Origin: Amoebophrya sp. A120
Taxonomy: Eukaryota > Protista > Dinoflagellata
DNA: 64,000 bases
NCBI GenBank assembly: GCA_905178155.1
Contig: CAJINV010000010.1
Span: 1,571,182-1,635,181 of the forward strand
Direction of reading: 5' to 3'
Shown: positions 48,948 to 60,847 of the stretch, one piece after another
How the letters are laid out: each line of letters opens with the position of its first letter
Position numbering within the stretch: position 1 is the first letter of the stretch
The notes under the pieces: model-generated
The model's input: only the letters and a program-made list of their open reading frames with translations
Database searches by the model: none
Told to the model about the DNA's origin: nothing
Position numbers and translations under genes: made by a program

Positions 48948-51900
48948 ATGCTTTTTCCTCCCGCGTCTGTTACCTCCGCGAGTTCTTCGTCTTCAAGTGG
49001 CCCTTCGAACCAAAGCCCCACATTTTCCCCCTTGGAGGTCGCTGGGAGTGGGACGCCAGGAAGTGGAAGCTGCAGCCGAGTGGTCCTGCCCGGGCAGAAT
49101 TCTACTTCCGAAGGCAACAATTCGGTCGCAGAGGAGGAACGGCCGCAAGAACTGCAGAATCTCAATCTCGTGGCCCCAGCAACATCAACATCAATCGCCC
49201 CCACGGTGGGTACTAATTTCCGCCGCAAAAATGGAAATACTTACAGTGGCAACGACCAAAATCAGCAAGGACGGGGCCCTGTACTAGCAGGTGCGCCAGC
49301 TCTTGCCGTTGGAACAAAAGCTGCCACTTTATTCGCCACCAACACGCACTCGTCGCCGCTGACCTCATTCCTAATACACGACCAGGCCGATTGCAGGACT
49401 GGCCCTGGTGACCCCCGTTCATCATCATCGCGGCCTTCTAGCATGGTCGGTGGTGCGACCAGCTCCGGGACCGCCGCTGTAGTACAACAAGAACTCGGGA
49501 AGCAGCAGCAGCAGCAGCAGGTGGGCGCGAGTCAGGAACACCAACAAACCAGGACAGCGAATGGCGTGGTCAGTGGCGGGAACAAGATGAAAGGTAGCAT
49601 TAACAAAGGCGGGAAAGGAGGAAAGGCATCGCCAGTACTACTACAACATCAGGTCTTACACAACAAGAACTCTCCACCGCCCACCTTCATCCAGACGCCC
49701 GGTACAGGTTCCGGTGCCGGCCGTGTGGAGGTAGTTTCGGGAGCGGCTACAACAACAGTGGTCAACATTGCAGGAACGAAGACCACTATTGGAGGTTCAC
49801 TCCTCAGTAGCGCTTCTTCGTCCACGTCATCCACGCCGTTCGCCGGAGTAAGTGCCGGTAATAGAGCGCAGCACCCTACTGCAACATCTTCTGTGGCCGG
49901 AAAAACAGCTACAGCTGCAGCATGCGCCACTGTACATAACGGGGTGGGCATTGCTGCACAGGATGAAGTTACGAACGGCGCAACTTCGGGAATGATCAAC
50001 GTTGTGCAGACTCCGCAGCCAAATGCAGCACACAAACCACAGCCAGTTGCACCCGACCAACAGATCATATCTTCTGCTCCGTCGCAGCAGCAGCAGCGCG
50101 GCCGGCCAACGACCATGAAGGGTTCGCCGCCGCCGCCCATGCATGCGGTTTTTGCTTCTGCAGCCGGGAAAATGAACACGTCCCCGCGCCGCCACGTGTT
50201 TGTCTCGCCCATTCGCGGCCGGACTTCAACGGCGTGCGGAATGCCGGGACTGCAGCTGATGAATTTGTCACCCTTGCCGAGCAGCTCGATGAGGGCAGTA
50301 GGCAACAAGGGCCAGCAGCACCTGCAGCCGGCGGGGGAACAGAGAAAAAGTAGCAATCCTCTTTCATCTGAAAATGCAACGGCATCGGCAACGACACAAC
50401 CTAGCAGCAGCAAGCGGGGCACGGGGGATACTTCGTCCCTTCTGCGGACTTCGGCCGCTTCTTTCCAGCAAGACCGTAAGAATACGACAGATATACAACA
50501 TCAACCAGCCTCCTCCACTACAGGTGGTTTTAGCCCCTTGCCGATGCGCGTGGGGATAACAAGTAAGCAGAGCCAGAATGGGAAGATGAATTTCATAGCA
50601 CCAAGTGCAATAAATGGTGAAGCAGGAGGTACCGCCGCGGGGACCTCAACGACTATAACCGCGAATTCGATTGTGAGCAAAAGCCTGGATTGGAGTCAGT
50701 TATCGTTGTCGAAGTCATCTACCTTCCAATACGGCCGATCACCTTCCGCGGACCGGACTTCGGTTGCTTTCGGCAGTGCAGCTATTTTGAACAACAGAAC
50801 TGCGAAGAAAAATGCGCCTTTTTCTCAACAACCCACCTCATTCACCAAGGATCAGGTTTTGCGCGCGTCGGTCGATCTGATGAGGCAGACGGAAAACAGT
50901 GCTGCAAAAGCACCACAGGCAGGAGGCGAAGTAGAGAACATAGACTCTGCAGCCGCAGAAAAGTTGATGTCCGAAAATTCGGATAAAGTAGCAACGGCAA
51001 TAAGCGGCACGGAGGATGGACAATCGGCACCTATTGAAATTCCCGACTTCACCACAGAGCTGGAACAGGAAGTTGCTCAACCAAAAAATGCAAGTAGCAC
51101 GCCTGGTGAAGTAGACCTTGACCTTCGCAGCTCTACATCAGTAGCCCCACATCAAGTCGCAGCCGTGGTTGTGCCGCCACCCACCTCTACTGTAGGAACT
51201 ACTGTTGCTAGGAGTATGTTGAAAGCCCCGACTGCCGCCACCGCGGGTAGCAGCAGCTCTACCACAGGTTCATCAAGCTCCGCTGCATTTTTGTCCCAAA
51301 ATCCTCTCCCGTCCCGCACGATTCCCCAGCCCGCTCTGATTCCTGCGATGAATAAAACCGCGCAATTTCGGGTCGCGTCGCAAGACAGCAGCAACAAGAT
51401 TGGTTTGTTCGCAACTGGAACTACGAATAAAGCGTTGAATTATGCCGGAAACGGGAACGGCACAGGTGGAGCGGGTGCTTCCTCAACATCCTCTTCCCAT
51501 TTCCGTGTGGCTTCGCAAGACAGCGCGAATGAACGGATGCTGCTGTATGAATTGCAAAAGTATCGTACTCGTATAAATGCATTTGGAATTTCCTCAGCAT
51601 GAGAGCTGCAATTTGTCATGCTGTTTCACCTTATGGACACGATTTGTCATGCATAATTGCATCAATTAGTACGAGTACGATACTTTTGCACAGGATATGC
51701 TGTTCCAACCTGCAACGCGGTCACCTTTGCGGGGCGGTGGCGTAAATTTTTCCGGGCCGCGGGGACACCAGCAACCGGTGCCGGCGCCGATACCTCTGCG
51801 CAGCTCAGCAAATACATCGAAGGACAGTAGGAGTGACGCTGTTGCTTTTCAAAGTGGTCCAGTTCCAAATTCAAAAACTGCTGTTATTGCAACATCTACT

Positions 51901-54900
51901 ACTTCATCCTCCGGATCCTCTGCTCCAGCTTCCAAAGCGGCGAAAATTCGCCGCCAGTCGCCCCCACCTGGAGGTGGAAACGTCGGGTTTATTTCAACCG
52001 TGCAACCAAGGACACTGAACTTATCCGGACAACAGGTTGGGGGCTTCACTGCCGCGACGACCTCTCTGTCGTCTGCAAAACAATCCGCTGCCGTAACGGT
52101 CGCGAGTTCTCCGAACTACATGATGCTACACCAAGGTGGTGGAGCAGGGGGTCCTGGTCCTCTTGTTCCTGCCACGACGATGCACCACCATCTTCAGACA
52201 AGCGCTGGAGGAGGTCTTCCTGGTCCAGGTCCTCAAACTGCGACCACAAGAACCCCCGCTGGGCCGAGGGTTTTGTCTGTGAATCCACCGCTTGCGCGAA
52301 GTCGGGGCGGTGGCGGTGTGGAGCTGAAACATGAAACTCACTTTCAAGCGACCATACTAGCACCTGATCGTGGTCGCGGTTCTTCCACTGGACGACCACA
52401 AGCTGTATCCTCGATCCCTCCATCCGGTACGGCGACCTCCAAGGACGTCGGAAGTGGAGGGGTACTGACTGGCTTGTCCAACCGCCTGTCACCCCTAGCC
52501 AGTGGAGGTTCTGCAATGGGTGGTCGTGGTGCGGCCGTTGTTACATCTACCACTGCAAACGTCATCGACGTCGCATGTGACGAAGTTGTGGAAGTACAGG
52601 CGCAAGCTGAAGGGGAAGATCATGATTGCGACTGCAGTAGTGGAAAACAATCTGAGAATCTTCATCCGACTCCGGAAATAGTGGCTGCACAACAAAATGC
52701 TGACCATGAAGGAAGCAATGAAGCCCAGGGAGCGGCTATTGAGCAGCGCGTCAATGATCCATCTGCCAATAGCACAACTCGGAATGATCGACGCAGAAGA
52801 ACTTCCAGCTCCTACCAGAGCGAGAATAGTGGTGCAACTGGAAGCGAAGATGTGCATCATGCTGCTGAAACCCACCTTTTGACAGAAAAGCTGCAGCCAC
52901 TGGTAAATTTTCTGCACGCGAACCCGAATTCCTTCACTCTGACCTCCCTCGACTCCGGCACCCTCGTCGAGATCAATGAGCAAGTCTATGAAGTCGGCGA
53001 GCTGCTGGGCCAGGGAGCGTACGGGGCGGTGTTTGCAGCTGCATCGTCGTGCTCTAAGACGACGAAGAATTCCGCATCTTCTGCTGCTTCCACATCATCT
53101 CCTTCTCCCGAATTACGGAGGTTGCAACAGCAAACCCACTCGCAGCTATTTCCGTATGCGGTCAAAGAGATTAAGGCGGGAAACGGTCTGGGGCTACCGG
53201 ACATGACAGTGAAAAAGTTGTTTTATGAACTCCACTGTCTAGCGTCCGTTCCAAAGCACTTAGCGGGAAAGTCGGCGCCGGGGCTGGTCGGGGCAACATG
53301 TTGGCGATTGAGTACTACTTATATATTACGAACAACTTTGTTTCATCATCTAATTGTTGCACTAGGGTGATTTTTCTTTCTCAAGAAGAAGTGCTATCCA
53401 TGCATGCGCGGTTCAAAGTTCTCCACGCTAGCGCTAATATAATCATACTCAACCCTTCATTGCGACTTCTATCTTGATATCACAAAAATCTCAGCTCCGG
53501 ACTCCGCTATCATTCGTTTCGTGATGACCCGCGTAAATGGCCAGCCCCTGGTGGAATTTTTGCAAGAGGACAAATGTGCTGCCCGTGATTCGTCCGCTGT
53601 CTCGGCTTGTTCCACAGCATCTCCTGCCCCAAGGCCGAGCAGCAACAGGAACAAAGAGTCGAATTCGAATAGAATGCCCGACGTGTCTTCTGCAGTCTTT
53701 TTCGTAGCGACGCTTTTATACCAAATCGCAGAGGTACAGGAGATTCTGGGCGAAGAGTGTATCCACCGCGATGTGAATACAAGGAACATTTTGGTGTCTG
53801 GTGTAGCAGGTTCTTGTGCAGGTAGTGGAACAGCAGCGTTAACACTGTCAAATTTGTCTTGCGGCCCTGGGTTGATGAAGAATCTTGAAGCTGCGCAAAA
53901 ATCCCCGCTATCTTCTTGTTCGAACACTGCATTCTCATCTTCGTCTCACACAACACGACGGAATAGCCCGGAGCTCCTGCTGCAAATGAGCGGCGCTCCT
54001 AGTCGTCGTGCAGGGGCTTTTCCCGCTGCTTCAGAAATTGATCTGACCAATCTACCAGACGCTGACGTTGACCCTAGCTACACCAGCAGTCCAGACGGGT
54101 TGTTTTCCGAGGCAAGCCAGTTGTACCAAACCCCACAGTTGCGGTCGGATCAGGATGAAAAAGAGGAGAGCAACCTTACCCCAACCTCCGCTGTAGCTGC
54201 AACGCGGAGGAGGAGACGCAACTCAGGCTACGCTTCTTGTTCTAGCGCGAAAACGAGAACGAGTCGAGAAGAGCCCGGGAGTTCAGTGAGGACCGTCAAG
54301 CAGCCCCGAAGTTCGAGGAAACTCGGTGGGTATACCCACGACGAGGAGCTAGATCCAACGGACACGGCAGATCAACTACATGCTCGTGAGGACCAGCAAC
54401 GAGTAGAGGAAGACAAATTATTGCAACAAAACTACCTCCAATTTTCCATTGTAGACTATGGGTCCGCGACCAGTGCCAGAAAATTCGCTGCAGACAGCGG
54501 CTGGGCGAAGTTACCCCCAACGGGGGAAGCGAAGCAATGGTGCCCTTTTGCCTGGAAATTGTTGTACGAATGGAACGATTTGCAGAAGAAGGGAGTGGAG
54601 AGTTGGCTGCGACAGAACATCAACAACGTCATGGCTGCCCATCACGCACCTGCAAGCCACGGCAGGGTAGGAACGGTGCCACGAACTAGCATGGTAAACG
54701 ATTTCTCGTCAGCTGCGGGGGGCTGCGGCAAACCCAATGATCTGGAAAGTAGCCGGCGTGGTTTGAACATTTACAGGAAGCAGCTGGATATCTACGCCTA
54801 TGGCGTTCTCAAATGTTACATCCTCAACTGTTACATGATTTGCCATGCAAAACCACAATCAGAATCGATGCGATCAAGCTGCTTAGCATGACAAATTTGC

Positions 54901-57900
54901 AAAGCGCTAAACAGCACCGAAATCTGTGCGGAATTTGTAATGCTAGAGGCGCAACCTTCCCCCTTTGACTTTTGCTATTCTTGCATTGCAAATTCGTGTA
55001 ACAGTTGAGAATGTAACAGTTGAGAATCCCATAACGCCCTCGCAGTGGTTGCAATGGAGGTATTTGATCGGATTGTGCCAGTCCGAGTGCTTTCGGACGA
55101 AGTGGCCGCGCCTTTATCAAATGTAAAAATGTCTGGGTCTGAAATATTGCGAGATTTGTCATGCTTGTCTGGCATGACAAAAAAGTTTGTGATGCGTGTC
55201 CAAGAAGAGACCCTTTTTCCTGTCATGCAAAAACGCAGTTTCTCATGCGAAAAACGCAACACAAAGAAGCGCAGATATTTCTCATGCTTGGCTGTGCATT
55301 ACAGAGCATTCACCATTCCCAACACAGCATTACAAGTTTCCAGACCCAGACATTTTTACATTTGATAGCCTTCTTCGCAGTACAACTACCCAAAAGTAGC
55401 TGCTGCACACAGTGGGACGAGGACCACGAAGGGCGGATCTACGAATATTGGCCCTTCACCACAGCTGACTACTAGCACCAGCAAGTCAAGTTTTTTTCCA
55501 AGCGGAGCAGGAAAGGGGAAGGCAAGAACTGCTGGAGGTGGAGGAAACCGCAATGCTAATGCTTACTCGTGCGCCAGTCCGTTGAATCCGTATCCGGGGT
55601 CGTTGCTGCAAGGGGGTACTACCGCGTTTCATCAGGGAAGAAATGCCACAACTCACGCGCCACCACCGTCGACAAACATGATTTCTGCGTCTACTGCGAA
55701 TGCTGGTCATTTACTCCAACAACTCCAGAGGACCAATAGTCTCAACACGACACAAGCTACGACGACTGCCTCCAATAATCGTGGGAAAGAACAAAGAACT
55801 GGTCCCCTGGTCTGGGACCTGCAACTCACGACCGACCATCTTCATCAGAACTCGACGATTGTACCCGATAGTGATGCTCCTGGTTTAGAGGTGGCCGCCG
55901 GTGAAGCTGCTGCGCCAGAAGATCAACGCTCTATGAAGATCTTCCCTGACGACCACAAATACAAGAACGCTTTATCATCGAACAACCGCCTCTCCACCAG
56001 CTCCTGCGCGACCCAGAACACGGTATCAACCTCGGTTCCCAGCAGCAGCAAAAACCGCAGGGCCAGCACCTCCACCGCGGCGACGGCCTCGAATGTCTCG
56101 CTACTTTCCGGGCTTACCGCCCCAACTGCTGCTGAGTCCTCGCATTCATCGTTTGCTGCATCGGCCTCAAAAAATCAATACGGAAATCGACGTTCCGGCG
56201 AATTTGTTGTAGAGCCACATGCTGACAAGAATTATCAGCAGCAAAAAGCCTTCCACAATCTGCAAAAGTCCTGGTCCACTTACGAGCAAATCGCGAAGCA
56301 GGGCACGGACAAGCTTTTCGCGTATTCCAAAGCCTGCGTCGAAGAGCCCGGGAAGGTGTCTATGCATTGCAAAAGTATCGTGTTAGTAGTAAAGTAATAG
56401 TAATTGCATTACAAATTAGCTCAGCATGACAAACGGAACTTGTCATGCGGCTTTAGCTTGAAAAAGAAATTTGTCTTGCATGGCTGCGATTAGTACGAGC
56501 GCACTGCTTTTGCACAGGATAGTGCTTCGGCAGTCGCAACTTTGGCAGGAGTTGATGCAATTTCGGATGCCGGAGAGATTGGAAAAGGGGTTGCATGCAT
56601 TGGAAAGAGATTTGGGGGGAGTGATTGCGGTGTTTAAGAAGGAAACCAGCAGGCTGGAAAGTAGTGCAAGTTGTTCGTCTTCATCTTCCTCTTCCGCCAA
56701 GGGTTCCTCCTCTTCTCACGCTCGCCAAACGCAAGAAATAAGAACTGGCAACAACAAGCCCAACGCAGTAGTTCCGGGGCAACGGCAACCTGCTTTGTAC
56801 CAGAAAACTAACGTCGTGCAGCCGCTCGGACAGTTTTTGCAGCAGAACCGAGTCGGTACAACTGCTGGTTGTGGACCTTCACCTTCTTCGTTGCTGTTTC
56901 AGCAAAACTCTGCTTCGCACTCTACTGCTGGTGAACAACAAGAGGGTGATCGCCAGCAAGCTGGAACTGACCCTAACGAAACGGAAAGCTCGAGCCGAGA
57001 ACAGATAGTACCGGGCGGCGCTAGTGTTAGTGCTAGAATCACAGAGGAGCTACAGAACATCGCCGATTTTTTCGCCTTGATTCGCTCCATGATGGTCTCC
57101 GCAAACACGACCTGGAGTGACGTGAAGGTAAAGGCTGCTGAAATCATTCTTTTGGTTGAACAATGTGAAGCACAAGAAACAACAAGTATCTTCGCAGCTG
57201 CGGGTGAAGATGAGGAACAGGAGCAGGAGTCGCAGTCAATAAAAAACAGCGGCGACGAGGGCGTGGATTTTGTCGAAGGTGAAGCGAGAGAGTATGATTG
57301 CAAAGCACAATCACACCCACCTTCGGCTTCAGCCAGTCGAGATCAGGGAAACCAAACTCCAACACGAACACCTTCATCGGCTGCAAATGAAGCTGTCCTC
57401 GCTTCCGCAGCTACAGCTCCGCAGGAGGGCACGACCTGCGTTTTTGCAGCGAAGAAGGAACTTCACTTCACACCCGATACTACGATCCAAGAACCGCAAA
57501 AACAGAACTTGCAAGTAGAAATACTTGATCCGACAGCACTCCAAGAAGGAAGCACCACGGCGAACGAGGAGAGCGACGCTGGCAATGCAACTACGATTCC
57601 AACCCGCCTTCCTGCGGTAATGAAGCAGGTCGTCGGAGAGGCGCGTGGCTCAACAACTTCCACCCCACCATCAACAGCCGTCTGCTACACCCTTGACGAG
57701 ATGGCTGCAGCTGCACGAGGGAAAACGCCAGCAGATGGTGCATCTGGAATTCTCACTGCGGAAGTACATGAGCAGCGCCAGCACTCCTCCTCCCAGCAGT
57801 CCTCACACGAGCCGCATCAAGCAGTGGAAAGAAGTTTTAGTGGCAGCTCCAGTGCTCACGACCAAATACTGAACACTTCCCACGGGTCGTCGCTGAGTTC

Positions 57901-58507
57901 TAGTTTATCCCTGTCGGCATCCTCCAATCCTGCACGACGTGCGGTAACTAGACAGAAAGACGAAACCGAATACGAAGAGCTTGAACGGCTGCGGCGGAAT
58001 GCGAGGAGGAGGACGAATTTAACGGTGGAGAAAGGAGTCGGACAGGTGTCGGTTGAAGGAGATGGGGCTACGCCGTCAGCAACAGGAATGGCAGACGCTG
58101 GACGACAAGTTGTGGAAAGACAACCGACACCGAAGCTCCTGTCCGGCGTCACTGACGAAAGTGCTGTCGGCAGGAAAGCAACGGGAGGAGGCGCAAATTG
58201 TAGTTCTACCGGAACAGCAGGCGTTGCTGGAGCCGGGAGCAAACATGTGCGTGTAAACAAAACGGCTGAAGCGGGTTGTACCAGTTCAGGAGCATCGGTC
58301 GTGGTTCAGCGGCAGTCCGGGATCGCGGCGGGAGATGGTACAACTCGCGGTGGGGGTGCAGCCGCAGCTACGGTTCGTTCCAATAACAGCAAAACGCGCG
58401 GAGAGCAGCTGCACGGGGTAGTTGGAGGGAATAAGACTACCGGGTCTGTTGTGGCCAAACCGAGAGAGGTGGCCACCAATCCGGGAAAGGTTTGGAGGAT
58501 GAAGTGA
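48948..58507 (+). CDS. Very large divergent eukaryotic protein kinase (~2,850 aa)
   Basis: Exons 48948-51545, 51703-53290, 53465-54798, 55039-55114, 55373-56360, 56527-58507 in frame. Subdomains YEVGELLGQGAYGAVF (I), YAVKEI (II), LFYELHCL (III), IHRDVNTRNILV (VIb), IVDYGSA (VII), and DIYALAVVAME (IX, formed only after introner removal). Confidence 0.85.
51546..51697. mobile_element. TIR introner, family B
   Basis: tatgaattgcaaaagtatcgtactcgta...tacgagtacgatacttttgcacaggata; DR tgctg. Confidence 0.94.
53291..53464 (+). other. Probable degenerate non-canonical intron (ends approximate)
   Basis: AT-rich segment with in-frame stop inside the kinase domain; weak IR gcaa...ttgagta / tactcaa...ttgc; removal gives APGLV-DFYLDITK. 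Confidence 0.55.
54799..55033. mobile_element. TIR introner, family D
   Basis: tatggcgttctcaaatgttacatcctcaactgttac...gtaacagttgagaatgtaacagttgagaatcccata; DR acgcc. Confidence 0.93.
55115..55367. mobile_element. TIR introner, family A ends with a different interior
   Basis: tatcaaatgtaaaaatgtctgggtctg...cagacccagacatttttacatttgata; DR gcctt. Confidence 0.93.
56361..56521. mobile_element. TIR introner, family B
   Basis: tatgcattgcaaaagtatcg...ctgcttttgcacaggata; DR gtgtc/gtgct. Confidence 0.86.
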
Positions 58508-58589
58508 GGCAATGCGCTTATGCGACAGTAGATGAAAAGATACAACGCATGCGCATCATTGAACAAAAGCGCAAGCTTTTGACTTCTGC

Positions 58590-58697
58590 GCGATGGACGG
58601 CATGTACATGATAGTAAAACAATGTGCAAAATAAACGACGAAACTCGCGATGGACGACATGAGAGTAAAACCATGTGCAAAAAAAACGACGAAGCTC
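58590..58697 (+). repeat. Two-copy ~55-bp tandem duplication
   Basis: gcgatggacg...catga.agtaaaac.atgtgcaaaa.aaacgacgaa.ctc occurs twice. Confidence 0.8.
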
Positions 58698-58889
58698 AAT
58701 CAGAAAACAAACTAAGCACGAATGCGTGGCCATGGAATGCCGCCCCGACCACGGCGCATCAAAGCCGCTGATAATCTTGACACAGCTCGCTGTTCGTTAG
58801 TTGTTATGCGACACGGCCGAGGCATTATTTTACGCTTTGCCTTTGCGGATGCGCAGTCAAGCTTCCAGGCATGTTATCGATCGTTAGGC

Positions 58890-60530
58890 GGGCGCGTGTC
58901 GTGCGCAAACTGAGCGCGGCGCCGCGCGCGTAAAAAGAAGCCCCGAGACATGGAGGGCCCTCGTGACGGTCCCCCTGTGGGTTTGGGGCTTCCAGAATAG
59001 GGGGGCGCGCGGGCCCTTGTGTTGTCCGAGTGCAGTGTCGCGGCAGTGAAATCCACCCCAGAAGGATTGGCACGCCATAAATCCAGCCGCGGCGCGATTC
59101 GCCCACCCCCCAGCCCGCGCATTGTCCAGAGATGTGGGATCTCGATGGCGAAGAAAGGACGGCGCCCGACTCTAGCGAGTTTCTCGACGTCAGGCACCCC
59201 GGGCCTGCTGCTAGGGTGCTTGCGTTCTAAGCTTGCAGGACCAGGCGCCACGGTGGAGCAGGGGCGGGGGGCCGGGCGCCGCGGCAATCAAGTCGGCGCC
59301 CGCATCCGGGCGCACGAGCTCCCCGGTGGCCGTCTCTGCTGATGCAAGCAAGGGGGGCCGAGCGAAGCGCCGGCGCGCGTTCGCCGCAAGGCCTTTGCCG
59401 GCGCCTTTGTTTGCCAAGACATGGATGAGCGAGGCTGCAAGGGCCTGGCGCCAAACAAAGAGCGCCGCGCCTTCCTACGCTCTGCGTCTGTGGAAACCGT
59501 GGAACCGAGAGCGCGCCGCCCCTCCCCGTCGTAGTTCCGCCCTGCCTGCCCTGCTCCTCGGGAGCATGGCCGCGCCCGGGCCCCTTCCTTCGTTCCTTCG
59601 GCATCGCCTGCCCTCGCAAGTGGCGCGAGCCCTGGCGCGCCCACCGCGCCTACCAGCCGGGGGGCCTACCTTGCCGGGGCGGGGAGGCCCATTGGCGCTA
59701 TTGCCGCGCGCTGGCCGGGTCGTGATTGCTTGGCCGCGGCGCAGAAATGGCAAAGGAGAAGCCTTGGCAGACAGTGTGGCCGGGCGACTATATCTGGCTG
59801 GGACCGAGTAAGGGCCCCCCGTCGGGTGGCTTGCTAGCCGATCAGGACCCGCAGGGAGAGGCCGGCCGGCCCAGGTGACAAAGGTGGACTCTTCGCGGCC
59901 AACTATGACGCCAAGGGAAAAGGTGGACTCCCGGCGAACCACGGCGGTGACAAGGGTAAGGGCGGCTACCCGGTGAACTACGGCGGAAACAACTTCGCCG
60001 GGTATGGTGGTTACACCTCCGGGCAGGGAGGCCTCCCGGGAAGCTCGACTTCGTACGGTCCGGGTGGCGGAGGAGGACTCCTGGGAAACGTCGGCCCGAA
60101 CACCGGTCCGAACACCGGTCCGAACACCGGGCACGACAACGGGCACAAGTACCGCGGACAGGGTGGCAGCCAGCGACCGCGACTTTTGCGATTTCATGGA
60201 CGAGGAAAATGACAGCGAGCTGGGGAAGTGGTTGAACAAGGAAAAGAGTGACGACTTGGCGAAGACGTCGACCAAGAAGCCCCGTGCCCACAATTTCAGC
60301 GGCTCCCTCCAGGGCGAAGACGGACGGTGGCCAGCGGGGGCGGCAACGATGCGAGGGCCCGTCTTGGGCGCGCGCTCCCATCTTCGGCTCGCCGCGCATT
60401 GATTGACCCTTCTTGCGCCTCGGCATGCGATGGGCGAGCGTCTGTCTACCGAGGTCGCTGCGCCCACGGCTCCGTCCCATCGCCGGAAGAAGTAGAATCT
60501 TAATCATTGTGGACGCCGCGCTTCGCCTTC
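58890..60530. other. Very GC-rich island, possibly a decayed retroelement or foreign coding fragment
   Basis: Abrupt GC rise; broken + strand frame encoding Gly-rich ...DKGGL...AKGKGGL...DKGKGGYPVNYGG...(GPNT)x3; no RT, integrase or recombinase motif seen. Confidence 0.35.
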
Positions 60531-60847
60531 GACTATTTCTCCGTATATTGTTCACCCCCTGGTCGTGCGGGGTTGTTCGCCATTTCGGTGCTGTTAATTC
60601 TTTAGCACGCGCTGTGGCTACATGTTATTTTCCACACCCTGACCCGCGCACGCAGCCAGTGCATGCAGAGAAGATCGCCAGCGATGGCACTGTCGCTCGC
60701 TGGCTTCGCAAATACGACCACGAATTGCCCACATAAGCTAAGCCCTCTACGTCTCAGCCCAATGTTGCATATGTGCTTCATATTCGAGTACGCCAAAAAG
60801 GAAAAGTAGATGCAGAATAGTTGATCCATACCAAATTCTCATAAAAC

